Below the pieces are notes generated by a model that ran no database searches, was not told where the DNA came from, and saw only the letters and a list, made by a program, of their open reading frames with translations. A program made the translations under genes and the position numbers. Below, piece after piece: positions 24,918 to 37,578 of a DNA stretch of 64,000 nt. Each line of letters starts with the position of its first letter. The stretch's first letter is position 1. This DNA is from Moniliella sp. 'wahieum'. Lineage: Eukaryota. The stretch is taken from assembly GCA_003971905.1 (NCBI GenBank), contig RSEE01000004.1, positions 868,001-932,000 of the forward strand, given 5' to 3'.

Positions 24918-27900
24918 GGGGGAGGATATGGTGTTATTGGCTCGAGAAGCTCACAAGTCCGGCCCAAGCCTCTCCGTCCGGCTGCTTCAAGCCGAGGGTT
25001 AAGCGGGCTGAGCGCCTGAGCGCAGGCAACGGCCTCCTTCAGATCTTCAGACGTCAATATCAATGTTCAATCCCTCAGCGCCTCAGCAAACGATGGCGTC
25101 ACAGGCGGACATGACAGGATGACGCAATCATCATTCCGCCCGGCGTGAAATTTGAAAGGGGATGCGCAAAGACGATGTATACGCAGAGTTGGATCCAAAG
25201 ACACTAGGGTTATAGTGCGTAGTTGATCATGTGGGAGGCGAGCAAGGCAGGGGTCAGAATGGCGGAAGTGCAATCCAGGGGAAGGCAGCCGGAGGGGCAA
25301 CAGGAAGGGGTGGGGCAGAGGCGGAACAGAGGCGGAAGGGGGCCGCCTCGCCCAGATCGTTACATTGGATTATACGCTGGCATCCTGACTGGGCGCCTCG
25401 GCCACATGAATAGTTTGAACACGGGTCTTCCATGCTTCCTGGGACAACCAAGGCGAGGAGAAGTCGGAGACGCAAAAGAGAAATCTTTCTACGGACTGAA
25501 TATAAATGTGGGTGTGTCAAATAGTTCCGTCATGCGTGGTTTTGGAGGGGTTGCTGTTGTACACGAGGAAAGAGGCAGCACCACTAAAATGCCCCTTTGG
25601 AGCTCTGAGAGAAGGTGCTGCCTTTCAACTGTTGGAACAAACTGAATGCGACAAGAACACCAAGTACCAGAGCATTCAAGAACCTTTCTCCCCTTGGTTA
25701 TATATGACGTTGCTAGAAAACACTATATGCTGCCAAGACGGTGAGCAATATGTTTGGGCACCGATATGGATGTGGACTAGAATTAACTAGTACTGCGTCT
25801 CAATCATGAGAAAACGGTTCACCGCTCGGATGTCTACCACAATCATTCGTATGCAAGGGCACTACCTTGGGTTGGAAACTGATGGCGGGCGCCAGAGGGT
25901 CCTCATAATATGCTGACGATTCCCACGGTTTCCAATTAGACATGTTTGGCGCCAACATAGCAACACACGCCATCAGATGAGCAAATCAGGTCGGTATAGG
26001 CTCAGCGTTTTTTTTGTCCCAGTCTAAGCTTTGTCGATGATATCGTTATAGTGTATAGAGGCTTAGGAACATCCAGCAACAGAGAGCGATTGTAATGTCT
26101 CCTTCAGAGTAATGATAGTACCGTATCTCATCACTGGGTCTCGTTTTTGTTGCTGCATCTCTCTCTCCAATTCAAGTACAAAATGAACTGTGGTGCCATG
26201 AACACCATACTAGTACCAGACATTTTTGCTTGGTATATAAGCATCCTGCAAAGGAGATTCATGCCCGGAGTGATAACCTGACTGTCTCCATATAACACTT
26301 GAAGTATATACAGTAATATGAAGCATTGAGAGGGAGTTGTAATCGTTCCCCATTTGGAGAGGGTCTGCCCAGCTGTTGGTATCTTCCACCCCCCAACGGG
26401 CGGCATTTTTGAGCCAATTTTGCCGGCGTAAATGTTAACATGCAACAGCATAGGGCATGATCTGCGTGATCTGCTTGATCTGTCGGCATAATACACAAAA
26501 AAGAACACACCGTTACCAAACGCTGCTTCAATATAATAGCTTGGGCATCAACTATGTCGCTGAATGAAGGGGGCAGTGATAGCGTGTATAAGAAAGTAGG
26601 GCCAAACCAAGTTCAGACGCGTGCCTTTTGACTGATTTTCACTCACCCCGCCGACAGCTTTTTTCGCTTCAGTTCGCCTTCCCTTCGTACCGCTTCACTT
26701 GCTGCCAACATAAGTTCGCTTCGCCTACCCTCTCTCTCTCCCCTATAACTTTTTCCCCTGTCGCAGGCACCCGTGCGCAGGCTTCCTTTTTCTCAAGTCC
26801 AATCGACAAGGCGATCTCATCTCATTAACTCTTTCAGATCTCATTGGAGATGGTTCATAGTTCACATCAGGTCTACCCACACTCATTCTTTTCTTCTCAT
26901 CCACTCGCCACATCCAGGTTATTGGAAGAGAATATGGCGGGATCCACATACAGTCTCCTAAGCTCATCAGTGTTGGCGACACCTCATCGCCTTCCTAACT
27001 GGGCTAGCAGATCTACCAGCGCATATGCCGGGTGAACGTGGTGAACGTTGAACGAAGAGCTCGGCAGATGACCGATGATAGTGTTTCTTCGTCCTTCTCT
27101 CAGTCTTTTCAGTTGTTCAAGTGCTGCTAATATGAACGCAGCAGTATATATATCAGAGGGGCTATAATGGGGACTACATCATGTTAGACTGATGTTGTGG
27201 GCGGACGCTTCATCTCGTAACAAAGAGTTTTTGATATGCAATGCACGCGGCGATCAAGTTACAGCAACTGGCAATGTAGTAGTCTTAATGGATGAGAAGG
27301 TCTTGAGAGAATAACTGTATAATAACTCGTTTGCACGTGCTGTTGTGAAGGGTTTTTCACGAATGCCACGGTTTTTGGCTCAGCAGAGCAAGAGAGTACT
27401 GACTGAGAGAGTAGTATAGCCTTGCCAGTACGTTGTTTCAGAGTAGTTGTCACATGTCACGAAGCAAATACTAATGATTAATGATTAATGAGCCTGCCGT
27501 GTGCGTGATCTAGGTCTTGGCTTGAGAGTAGGAAGCACAGTATTAGCACTCGCATGTCACACCCCGACTATTATTAGTACGGATGCGCTATTGGCGTGGA
27601 TAGGAGGTGGTTGCTGGCAAGACGCCAATGGTCTACTATTAGGTGGGAACCTCTGTTAGACGCGATTGAGAGACATAATCATATGACTTCTTCATAAAAA
27701 ACGATGTGCCACACTTGTCAAGCGGCCAGTGGACTTCCTTGAGAACCTTAAGTAACGTTCACCATAAAACAAGCTGTGCACATCTCCAAAAAGGTCTGGT
27801 AATCGCCTTAGACGAGGCTGTTTGGCGTCGCTATTCTGATGTATATCCGACAAAATGTTTGGTGATATGCACTGCGTTTTGTGTATATCTCAAACGGTGT

Positions 27901-28010
27901 CTGTTGGCATCTCACAATGCCTTCAGGTTCCACAGCGAATTTTGTCGATAATCAATTCGATCATTGTCGGGTCAATCCCGCATCCCATCCCATCTCTCAG
28001 ACTCTCATTT

Positions 28011-28340
28011 CTACTGAGTACTGATGATCGATGATCGATGACATGACATGTAACACCTTAGGCCTTAGGCCTTATGGGAGCTCTACTCTTTTCGTTTTGT
28101 ATGCGGGAAAAATGCACAAGGCTTATAAAACGCGTTCAGTATGCCCCCCGTCAGACAAGCACGGTACAGCACTTGAATTTGAGAGAGGGGCTTGAAGCTT
28201 GAAGCTTGACGGAGGAAAGAGTATGTACGAGAGCTTGAAGCTTGAAGCTTGAACGTCTTGAACAAAAAATGTATATCCGACGACGACGAAGCTCAGCCTC
28301 AGCGCTCAGCCTGAGCGCTCATGCACTCATGGCACTCATG
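28011..28340. repeat. Dense cluster of heptamer palindrome arrays
   Basis: tgagtactga, tgatcgatgatcgatga, ttaggccttaggcctta (28056..28074), two (TGAAGCT)n runs (~28190-28262), ctcagcctcagcgctcag. Confidence 0.8.
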
Positions 28341-29690
28341 TTGATTATCATGTGCCTATTTTGTGAGTACTGATGCGGTGGGTGTCCAGCCGTCATGCAC
28401 AAGATGCATGGCCATGCATGAACATGAATACAGGAAGTGACCTAGTGACCCTGTGTTACGCCCTGATGTGCAAGGAAGCTCATATCATGCACACCATACA
28501 ACATTCTCAGATCTCATAAAGGACCCTCCATGAGAATTGTGGTAAAATGCGATGATTTTGAGATGTGACATGTGGGATCTGGCAATCGGATCTGAGATCT
28601 GAGATACTGAGTACGTACGGGCGTAGCACTGGCGTAGCAGGGCGTAGTGGTACGTTGAGGCTGTTGTGTTTGTGTGTGGTGTTGTGACATGTGATGTGAA
28701 CATGTGAATATGCAACCAATGCATGCGATGCATGTGATGGATGTGATGCTTAGGTCTCATATCTCGATCTTTCCGAATCTCGCACTCACATTATCACAGG
28801 TCACTTCATTGGCATGTAAAATGATTAATGACGAAGGTACTGAAGACAGAAGGTTGAAGCTGTTGTTGAAGGGGGTATCATGTACCGCATATCTCCTTCT
28901 CATCAGGACGATTGCTAGCCAGGGGGCTGATCGAGAGGGTCCGACATACTGATGGGTATACAAACACTCCAGGTAGAGAACCGGAACAGCGCAACGGTCT
29001 GGAGTGTGGCGCTAGAGCGTGGTACCGCGGTACCGTGGGGTCGGTGATACGTGGGATGGTGTGGGGGATGCAGGTGATAAAAACGCATGCATCATGCATA
29101 TCATCATGCATATGCGTCTAAGGGAGGGGAGAGGGTGCCATCATACTAATCCCAATTCAGAACGAAGGATGGGAGGTCGGCGTGTGGTGAAGCTTGAAGG
29201 GAAAGCGTGGCCCATATGATGGTGGAATCGTGTGTATTGGGATACTGTGGCCGGTAGTACTGTAATAGGTGTGTGCGATTACTTGCTAGTTATATAACAG
29301 GGCACTTTTGGAGCACAGAGAGACACAGATATTCAATGCCACACCTGACATGCCACATACACAGTTGCCGGAACTTCGCATCATGTGTGCACATCATGCA
29401 CATCATGTTTCATGCACCTTTTGCTTCATGATGCCATCCGTAATACTTCTCAGTACCTAATGGCAAACACATTTAAACACGCCCTCACATCCTATATCAA
29501 GATCAACGCATAAGACAATGGCAGTGCATTAGCTAGTAAGAAGTGCAACAAAACTTTTGAACTGGCATGCTGCATACGGAGGGTTCCTCCCCCGACGGGC
29601 CCCTACCGGCCCTATTCCCCCAAATTGCCTTCTTGTGGCCGGTTATAACATTCTGGTGAAGAGAGATCAACGGTAGAGTGGCCGCAAGTC

Positions 29691-30016
29691 TCACTAGTCA
29701 CTATAGTCACTTTCGTCACTAGTCACTATAGTCACCTTCTGGCCACCCTTGTCCGCTTCCTCCAACCGTTCTTGTGGCTGTAACAGCCTCGGTCCTGTTG
29801 GCGTCCGTTCCGGCGCACGCGACCATGCCAGCACTGCAACACGTGGCTGGTATAGGGTAGTGCCCCCCAGTGCCGCAAGTAATACAACAGAGTTTAATCC
29901 CAGACAGATTCCGGCCCCTTGTCTGGGACACGAGCCAAACTGAACGTTCACGCGTTGCCGTTTTAACGTTTAACGTGAATCTTGAATCTTGAATGTCGTG
30001 AACGCGTGACGCGTGA
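29691..30016. repeat. Duplicated TCACTAGTCACTATAGTCAC unit and further heptamer arrays
   Basis: tcactagtcactatagtcac occurs twice at 29691..29735; tttaacgtttaacg, tgaatcttgaatcttga and acgcgtgacgcgtga at ~29961..30016. Confidence 0.75.
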
Positions 30017-30342
30017 AGTTAAGCACTGAGCCTCAGCGGGCTGAGGCGCATATAGTTTTGCCAGTTACGGCCTCAGGCCTACAAAGCCCGACGGAACTAA
30101 ATGTACTAAACCCAACTGTTGTGCTAATCATTTTATCAAGTTTTTTTGCAGTGGGACCTAGTGGCCTTCAACTGAAGGTGTGAATCACATATTCACACAA
30201 TTACTAGTCTTTTATATATCTTGTAAAGCCGCCCTCGCCCCTGGAATCGCCATTCAAGTCCCTCCCACCGTCCTTACCCATTCTCAACGTTGGTTTCGCC
30301 ACAGCTCATCGTCCTTTCTCCCATTCATTACTTCTTACGATC

Positions 30343-30803
30343 ATGTCCAGCGCTTACTGCGGCAACGCGTTCAGCACCTTCTGCCTGCCCTTCTTGGGCC
30401 AATGTACGTCGAATCTCCTTGCATTCACTTTTTTTGATGCCTACCCACGCACCTCCACGTAAGAAGCCGGTGATTGACATTACCTTCCCTAGTCCGCATC
30501 TGCCAAGTGATTTGTAATGTGCTGCTTGGACCATCGCTTTGGCTGTGCTGGGATGCTGGCGAGTTTGACCATGCGGACCAGGCAGAGGACGATGCGGCGG
30601 CCGAGGCGGCCAATCTGCGAAGGAAGCAGGCCCTCCTTGCCAAGAAGGGCCCTAGCATGCCCCCTCGGCTAGCTATGCCCCCACGGAGGCAGAGAGGCAA
30701 GGGAACAACAAGTTCCGGAACAGACCGAAGCCGAAAACTACCAGCACCACCTCACCCTCGCGACACAGCAAGTCGCGCCCGCGACTGCCCCCTAATAGTC
30801 TAG
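30343..30803 (+). CDS. Hypothetical 123-aa protein with Cys-rich hydrophobic N-terminus (2 exons)
   Basis: Exon 30343..30403, intron 30404..30492 (GTACGT..TTGAC..TAG) and exon 30493..30803 splice in frame: MSSAYCGNAFSTFCLPFLGQFRICQVICNVLLGPSLWLCWDAGEFDHADQAEDD.. Confidence 0.55.
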
Positions 30804-32510
30804 ACGCAAGATTTCCCCGTGTCAACCGCCACAATGCAGGCGAGCGATGCATGCACCAATTTCGCCTTCCCCGAACACTCTTTCGGGGTTTGCTTGCTTA
30901 ATATCCCCACCCCGGTCCCTTATTCTTGTTACGGAAAGAACGGGTGTTTTTCCCTCCTCATCCTCCGACACGCCGTTTTGGTGTGTTCTGATTATATTCT
31001 GCATATGTGCTCCCACCGATCTTCTATTTTCTCTCGCGCAAGTACTTTTCATATTTCTTTATTGTCCTACTCGTGCAAGCAACAACATGTACTGTGACCC
31101 TCTAAAACGGGCCCGAGTCATCATTGGGGGGAGACCATTATGTAGATGATCGTCGAGCGCATGGTGTCTTGTAACTAAAGAAACCAACGATGGTTCACGG
31201 ATGTGGTTGAGGATAACTGTACGTTCAGCTATATGCACTTCACGAACCATGTCCAGCTTAGAAGATCCCAAAGGGTCACCTCATCAGGTGAACGCTCCAA
31301 TGCCAATGGAGTCCATAGTAGTTACACAACAGTTGATAGAGATCAGAGTTTACGTATGATACGGCTCACCTTTTAGTGGAGCGCCTGATGCTCTTTGACG
31401 ATAAATCATGTCGTATTCATATCATTTGAAAAGAAAAACTTAGCAGGGACACACAAGAAACGCTGTGCCAACCACACGAGCTTGCTCACCCGGCGTATCT
31501 GACAGCTCACGCCATCCCAACCAGGAGACCAATGGGGTTTTCCCACCGGATCGATGGAGTAGGGGGGCTTCCGCCCATTCGTTGCTATACACCGGATGCA
31601 ATGCATTATTGGTAGATATATACGAAGGCGTATCTCATTGAAACTCTCCTCTGCAAGTTCCTTCCAGCAGAGTTCAAACATCTTTTCATGACAGTATTGG
31701 TGGCGCATAGTAACCACAGTGTGTTGTCATAGTCCAAGGGTGGAAAACAGGCTTTGAGTGCGTCCGTGGAACTTGGCGTTCTGTCGCACATACGGCTCGC
31801 TCGAGCCTAGATGCAGATCCTTCCCCGCACTCCTCAGGCACTGATGAGACGATTCCTCCGGTATCAACACATTATTTGTAAGTAACGCACCCTCGCCCTC
31901 TTCGTCCCGAGTCCCACAAGATGTGTAACAACTTCCATCCCTGATCCAATAAAAGCACCTTGGGGCCTCCCCCCCTGAAGTCCTTTTACGCCAGAGCTAT
32001 TATCTCTCGTCGCGATTCCATACACTTCTTCCCCCACAACGGTCCATTGAAATAGAACATGAGCGTATCCCAAGATGAAGCGCACAACTTGAAAATGGGC
32101 TTCCCCATTGTCTCGTGCAGGGGAATGCTCCAATCCTCTGGCGCCTACGCTACAAGCCTTGCGATCTTAGAACCTTCGCTGAATCTCACTGTGACTAGTT
32201 AGTAACTCCCCCGTGTGGTCACGTACAATCTACCAGGCAAAAGAACACCCGGCGACCATCCCCACAAATAGCCCACATCTGCCCCAACGTGCAGTGCTGA
32301 TGCCTGAACATTCTTTCTCCCTCTCCCTGTGCCGTCACGTGGTATGCCAGCCACTGGCCGCCACGCCCTTCACTTCTGACGTCTGACGTCTGAGAGAGAT
32401 CTGACGCATGATGTTGCTCCCCAACCCCTCCACCTCACACCCCCATCACACCCCCACCTCACACCCCCACCTCACACCAACTAGCCCCCATTGGCCATTA
32501 CACCAACAGG

Positions 32511-32904
32511 ATGGCGACGATGGTCCCCTCCAACGCCGCTTCGTCTTCGCCGCCAATCCTCTGGACCGGGAGGACCTCAGCGTCATCCTCCACAGTGCTA
32601 GCGCACCTGACCCACTTCTGCGCCAATCGGCGTATGCCTGTCTTGCCGCTGGGCATCGGCCTCAGCCGCATACCGACCCCTCTCGCCCTACCTGCCCCCT
32701 CCCTCTCCTCTAAATTTGGCCAGTCCCGAGAGTGCAGGTGCAGCAGCTACTGCAGGCGCAGCGGGTGGCGCAAACGCTTCCCCTCTCACACTCCCCTCAG
32801 CCCCGGCGCACACCGTCTCCCCTATCGTCAAGCCCGCCGATGACGCCCCCCAGAAGGAGATACCACCTCCACACCCAAGCACGGACCCGACCATCTCTTC
32901 TTGA
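32511..32904 (+). CDS. Hypothetical small S/P/A-rich protein
   Basis: ORF fragments 32511..32843 and 32716..32904 joinable by one frameshift; no homology recognised. Confidence 0.3.
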
Positions 32905-33762
32905 GGCTTAAAAGCTTGAGCGCTGGACTCGGCACAGAGCGCTCGACGTGCTCAACGCTCAACGCTCACGCCAGACTTCGGCTGTCCTCCGTTGGGGCAC
33001 GCACCTTTACCACACCTCACCACTTCGCATTTCACTAGTATCTAGTAACTCTTGATGGCTTCGAACTCCAAGCTTCAACTCATGATCCCCTGTTACGCAC
33101 TTCTCACCTGGGTTCCTCTTGGTCATGGCGGCTTCCCTCAACAGCGGCCGCATCTCAGAGTGAGGCTGCGCCAACGCGGCGCAGCGCTGTGAATATCAGG
33201 CTCAATCAGCCTATCTGGGAACCCTTTTTTCCATTCCTATCGACTCGCAATGAACCCTAAATTACCAATGTTTTCTTCTCCGGCCGAGGATAGATGGGGC
33301 AAGAAGGGCAGGTCGCACACCGACGCAATCGGCCATTGGCTATCGATTGGGCCAGCACACAGGTGCGTTATACGGGCACCGCCGTCACAAACGCACCCAT
33401 CGACATCAACGTTCGATTGAACAGGTTGAGTCTTGCCTGTGGCTTTCCAACGTGTGCAACCTCCAATCTCCAACATCGTCCGATGGCTGATGGCCAGCAA
33501 CTGCCGTTGCCGCCTGATGTTGGGCCGGACGAACAAGGAAGGTCACGTGCGGGCCTAGCGGCGGAGACCAGACGCGCGTTGAACATTTGACAATCCCATT
33601 TTCGATCCACAGGTGGCTGCTGCGTCAGTGTCGTCATACGTCATGGTCACCCCGGTCACCCGTGGGCACCTCAGGCAGGCCTCAGGTTGGCCTCAGTGCC
33701 TCAGTGCAGCATCCTCAGCGCCTCAGCGCTCCTCAGCACTCTCAGCGCAGCCAGGTGTCACA

Positions 33763-34723
33763 ATGTCAGCAGGTGTCAGCTCAACGTCATCGAGTGTTAA
33801 GGAGCTGTAGTGCAGGCGCCACTGGCCTCTTCTCTCACCACCACCGTTGCGAACGTTGTCCAGAAGAACAATGGCCGAACAGTTGCTCTCCTCAACAATC
33901 CCCTCAGCTGGGGCGGATTGCGTCTCCCCCGTTTTGGCCTGGGAGTGTACGCGATGCATGGCCGCGTCGCCAGCGAGGCGGTGGCGAACGCGCTGCGTAC
34001 CGGCTACCGCCTGCTTGACACGGCTCAACTTTATGGTAACGAGCGGGAGGTGGGCGAGGGGATTCGTGCCTCGGGTGTGCCGAGAGAAGAAATTTTCCTC
34101 GTAACCAAGCTATATGGCGCTTCTCTTCGCGGCGGGGATCGGACGCGGCGGGCGGCACTACAGTCACTGGACCAGCTGGGCACGTACATTGATCTCATGC
34201 TACATGAGCCTTCGGCGGGTCGGCGGGGCGGCTGGACAGCTGGAAGGTGTTGAGTGAGCTGGTCGATCCCCAGAAGGGTCGCATTCGTTCGCTGGGTGTG
34301 TCCAACTTTGGCGCTACCCAGCTTGCGGAGCTACTTGCTTCGCCGCAAGGCCAGCGGGTGCGTCCGGTCGTCAACGAGATTGAGTGCCACGTGTTTTGCC
34401 AGCAGCGCGATCTCCGTTCCTGGCTCATTGCCCACGATGTGGCCATGGCCTACTGCCCCCTTGGCCAAGCCTCCTTTTTGAACGACCCCACTCTCTGTAA
34501 GGTGGCCAAGGAGGTCGGCGCGACCCCGCCCAAGTCATGCTACGCTGGCTGTGCATGCAGCAAGAACGGGTGGTGCCCATCCCTAAAATCCAAGGCAGCC
34601 AGGCAGAAGGAGAACGCCGCTGCACTCTCTCTCTCTCTTACCTCGGCGCAGATGGACACTCTGGCTAAGCTTGACCGTGGGTTCGCGGGCGTGGTCGATG
34701 GCTGGGCATCATACCAGGAGTAG
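33763..34723 (+). CDS. Aldo-keto reductase (2,5-DKG reductase/Gcy1-like)
   Basis: PRFGLGVY, GYRLLDTAQLYGNEREVG, REEIFLVTKL, YIDLMLH (D-Y-K-H tetrad), IRSLGVSNF, PVVNEIECH, AYCPLG; several frameshifts. Confidence 0.92.
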
Positions 34724-34895
34724 ACAGCGCTAATCAATTTTCAGCTGTGCTGATGTACTATTCCACAAGTACAGTACTCTTGCGTTTATTAAACGACCAT
34801 GCTGAAGGTGGCGCACACGAGCTGAACCAGAGTATACATATAGACACGGAAAAGGATATGCAACGAGCTCTAAATAGAAAGGAACGACAGGATGC

Positions 34896-36733
34896 TCAAC
34901 AGTAGCAAACGATGCAAGAATACGAGGCAGGAGGTGCACAATGGCGATACGCGTTACGCCCATGCTCTTTCGTCAAACACGGGAGAAAACTGCGGTGGGG
35001 TGGGCGAGGCCAAGGGAAACTGGTGGGATGATGCGCGTGTTTTGACCAGCCCAGGACGCTTATGTTTGCGGCCGAGCGTGTCGAACGGCGTTGCGGTTCA
35101 GGTGGTGCGACAGGAACATACCCATCATCAGGATCCTCCAGCATTGGTGCATGACCCAAAGGATCAGAGTACCCCACGGACCAAGGGATCTCTCCACCAT
35201 GGTACGCGGTGTGGGTCGAACTAGAAATCTGGACCTGTACCGCCCTGCTCACCCTTTCTTCTTCTTGATAGGATGAAGGGTCGACGACCGTGGCTTCACC
35301 CGTTTCCATAACAGCATTGAGGTAGCCCATCATGAAGGACGATATGAGCACTTGGTCCCGCAGGTTCCGTCGCGGATGAGCAAGCTTCAAGTGACTTAGA
35401 CGGTAAATGGCGTGCTCGACATGCAACGGAAACCGTGTGTAACCGTCACGTCCCTCAATTCCCCCCACGCCCCTCCCCATTCAGCCGGAATGCCACCTGG
35501 CCTCGGTTCCATCGGCAATTGCAGTTTGGGTGTTTCCTTTTCTTGCCAAAGCGACCGAAGAATTGCTTTCCTCAGCATGCCCTTGGTCGAGAGTAGATTT
35601 GCGGCGCTCCAACTCCCCCTTGGGCTCCGAGCGATCATCCGCGCGCCCGCCTAGCCACCCAACCAGATTATTCCTTTTCTTCCGTCCCGATGACGTGGGA
35701 GGAGGGCGGTCCTGAACAGAGGACGCTCGGCGGGGGAAGATGGATGTTGGCCCAGTGGAAGAAGTTACAGGGAGTGAATACGACCGTGCTGGAGTCTTTT
35801 CCTCTTCCGCAGGTCCGGAAAGATGCCAATGCTCCTGTGCAACCTCAACCTCCATCATTGGTGCGGGGAGAGATGGAAAAGAATGCGGGGAGACGGAAGG
35901 AACCATGTCTACCCCGGCGGGCCAGGGTTCGGCATCTTGAAATTGTTCGGAGGTAGGCGAGGTGGTGGGGGAGAAAGAGACGGTGTCAATCCCATCTGCG
36001 CTTCCTCGGAAGACCGAGAAGAAGGGGGGCTCTCATTCCCGTCACTCTTTTCAGAAAAAAGGGAGGCGGCGAGCGACGGAGTCAGGGAATTGGATGAAGA
36101 GGGCAGGAACTCGAACCGGAGGATGCATGTGGAGCAAGTGTCCTCCAAGCTGCCGAATTCAATCCGCCTTCTCCAGGGGACTGGTCTCCTTTCCGCGCTA
36201 CCGCAACGGGCGAAAAGGATCAGCTTTACTCAAGTCTACCTCATTGGCAAGTAGGACCAAGCCAGATGGACTGGACGTGGGGCTGGCCATTCTCTCCATT
36301 GGGAGCGATTCTGGATGTTGCCTCGGTGCGTACCACAGGCGGGACGAGTGACGGGCGAAGGTAGGATGGGCATGCTGCTGATGATTTTCGCTCGCGTCCT
36401 CCGCTCCGGACAGGGGGGGCGGTGCGATTTCCCCGTCTGCCTTCTCTTTTCAGTGAGGACAAGGGAAGGGGAGGCTTCAGAATGCGCCCAGGGGGTACCC
36501 AGCCATCTTTGGGTCGCGACGGTCCTCGTTTCTTCCGGATGGAAAGACGAGCAACGAGCGTAGGCTCCCATGAACTTGTCGCACTGCGTCCTCCGAGGGC
36601 ATGGTCTGTGGGCCGGGGCGGTGGTCCAGGATCAAGAGGTCCAGATGGAGGAGAGAGGAGAGGTCTATTTCTAGCCTGGTCGATATCTATGCAGCATAAC
36701 GCAGGGCATTGGCGCAAGGCCGCGTTGGCCCAT
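34896..36733 (-). CDS. ZDS1: Zds1/Zds2-like protein (Zds_C domain, PP2A-Cdc55 regulator)
   Basis: RFPLHVEHAIYRLSHLKLAHPRRNLRDQVLISSFMMGYL matches the Zds_C signature; preceded by S/P-rich disordered ORF fragments; ends approximate. Confidence 0.8.
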
Positions 36734-37361
36734 GCACCCTCGCCGCTATCGGGGTACTACATAGGTGTGGACGCCCTCGTCACGCGTGTCATGTGATACG
36801 CGATGCGTGACATGTGACATGCGTGGTGCCTGCTGGCTGTACGAACGGGTGACCGGTGATTGGCTTGTCGCTGGTGTGATCTGTGACACTGTGATCCGTG
36901 ACATGCGCCATCCTACATCCTACTCCTGTGGCCGACGTAGCGCCCCATCGACCATCCATCTCTCCCTTGGCTTGGCTTGGCAGTCCTGCGCAGGGAGGGC
37001 AAACATGGTGATCGGACTAGAGCTGCCCTTCAGCAGGGCAGCGCCAGGTAGCGTGCGGGACGATCGCACTACCGTGCTGCTCTGACGCCCTTTTCCTTTG
37101 CGCACACGGGCTCAAGAACATCGTCTACATGTGATGAAGAAACACGGAGGGGATCGACTTTTTGCCTCTCTCACTCGGGGCGCCCAGGAGAGGTGCACTC
37201 GTTCACTCCTGAAGCAACGGCTGGCGTTGCGAGCACACGTGCACTCACGTACTCAGGACACTCCGATCGACTGGTTCGCCGCCCGCAGAAGGCCTGAGTT
37301 AGACCTAACTGCTGAGCTCCTGATTCAGTTAACCCCTCACCCTCTCCTGCACCGCACACTG

Positions 37362-37578
37362 TGTAAGACCGGAGGAACCCAATTGATGGGTGAAGAACCT
37401 CTGGAAATGTAGAGCAATGCAATCGCGATGGTGGTGGTTAAGGTCTAAGCCTTGTGCCACACCTAGAGACAGGGGTTTCAGACAAGCCTGAGTATACACG
37501 TGGAGGCTTCGGAGGACAAATCAGGGGTGAAGGGTGATGAGGCGCCTTGGCCTAAGTACGGGACCACGGGTCCCAACA
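37362..37578 (-). repeat. 3' LTR of copia copy 2
   Basis: Reverse complement of the family LTR, adjacent to the PPT (ccccccc on +). Confidence 0.95.

Noticed and set aside
29691..32200. CACTA DNA transposon bounded by CACTAG..
   Set aside because: No matching inverted terminus, TSD or transposase; the motif fits the general TCA-CTAG heptamer class.
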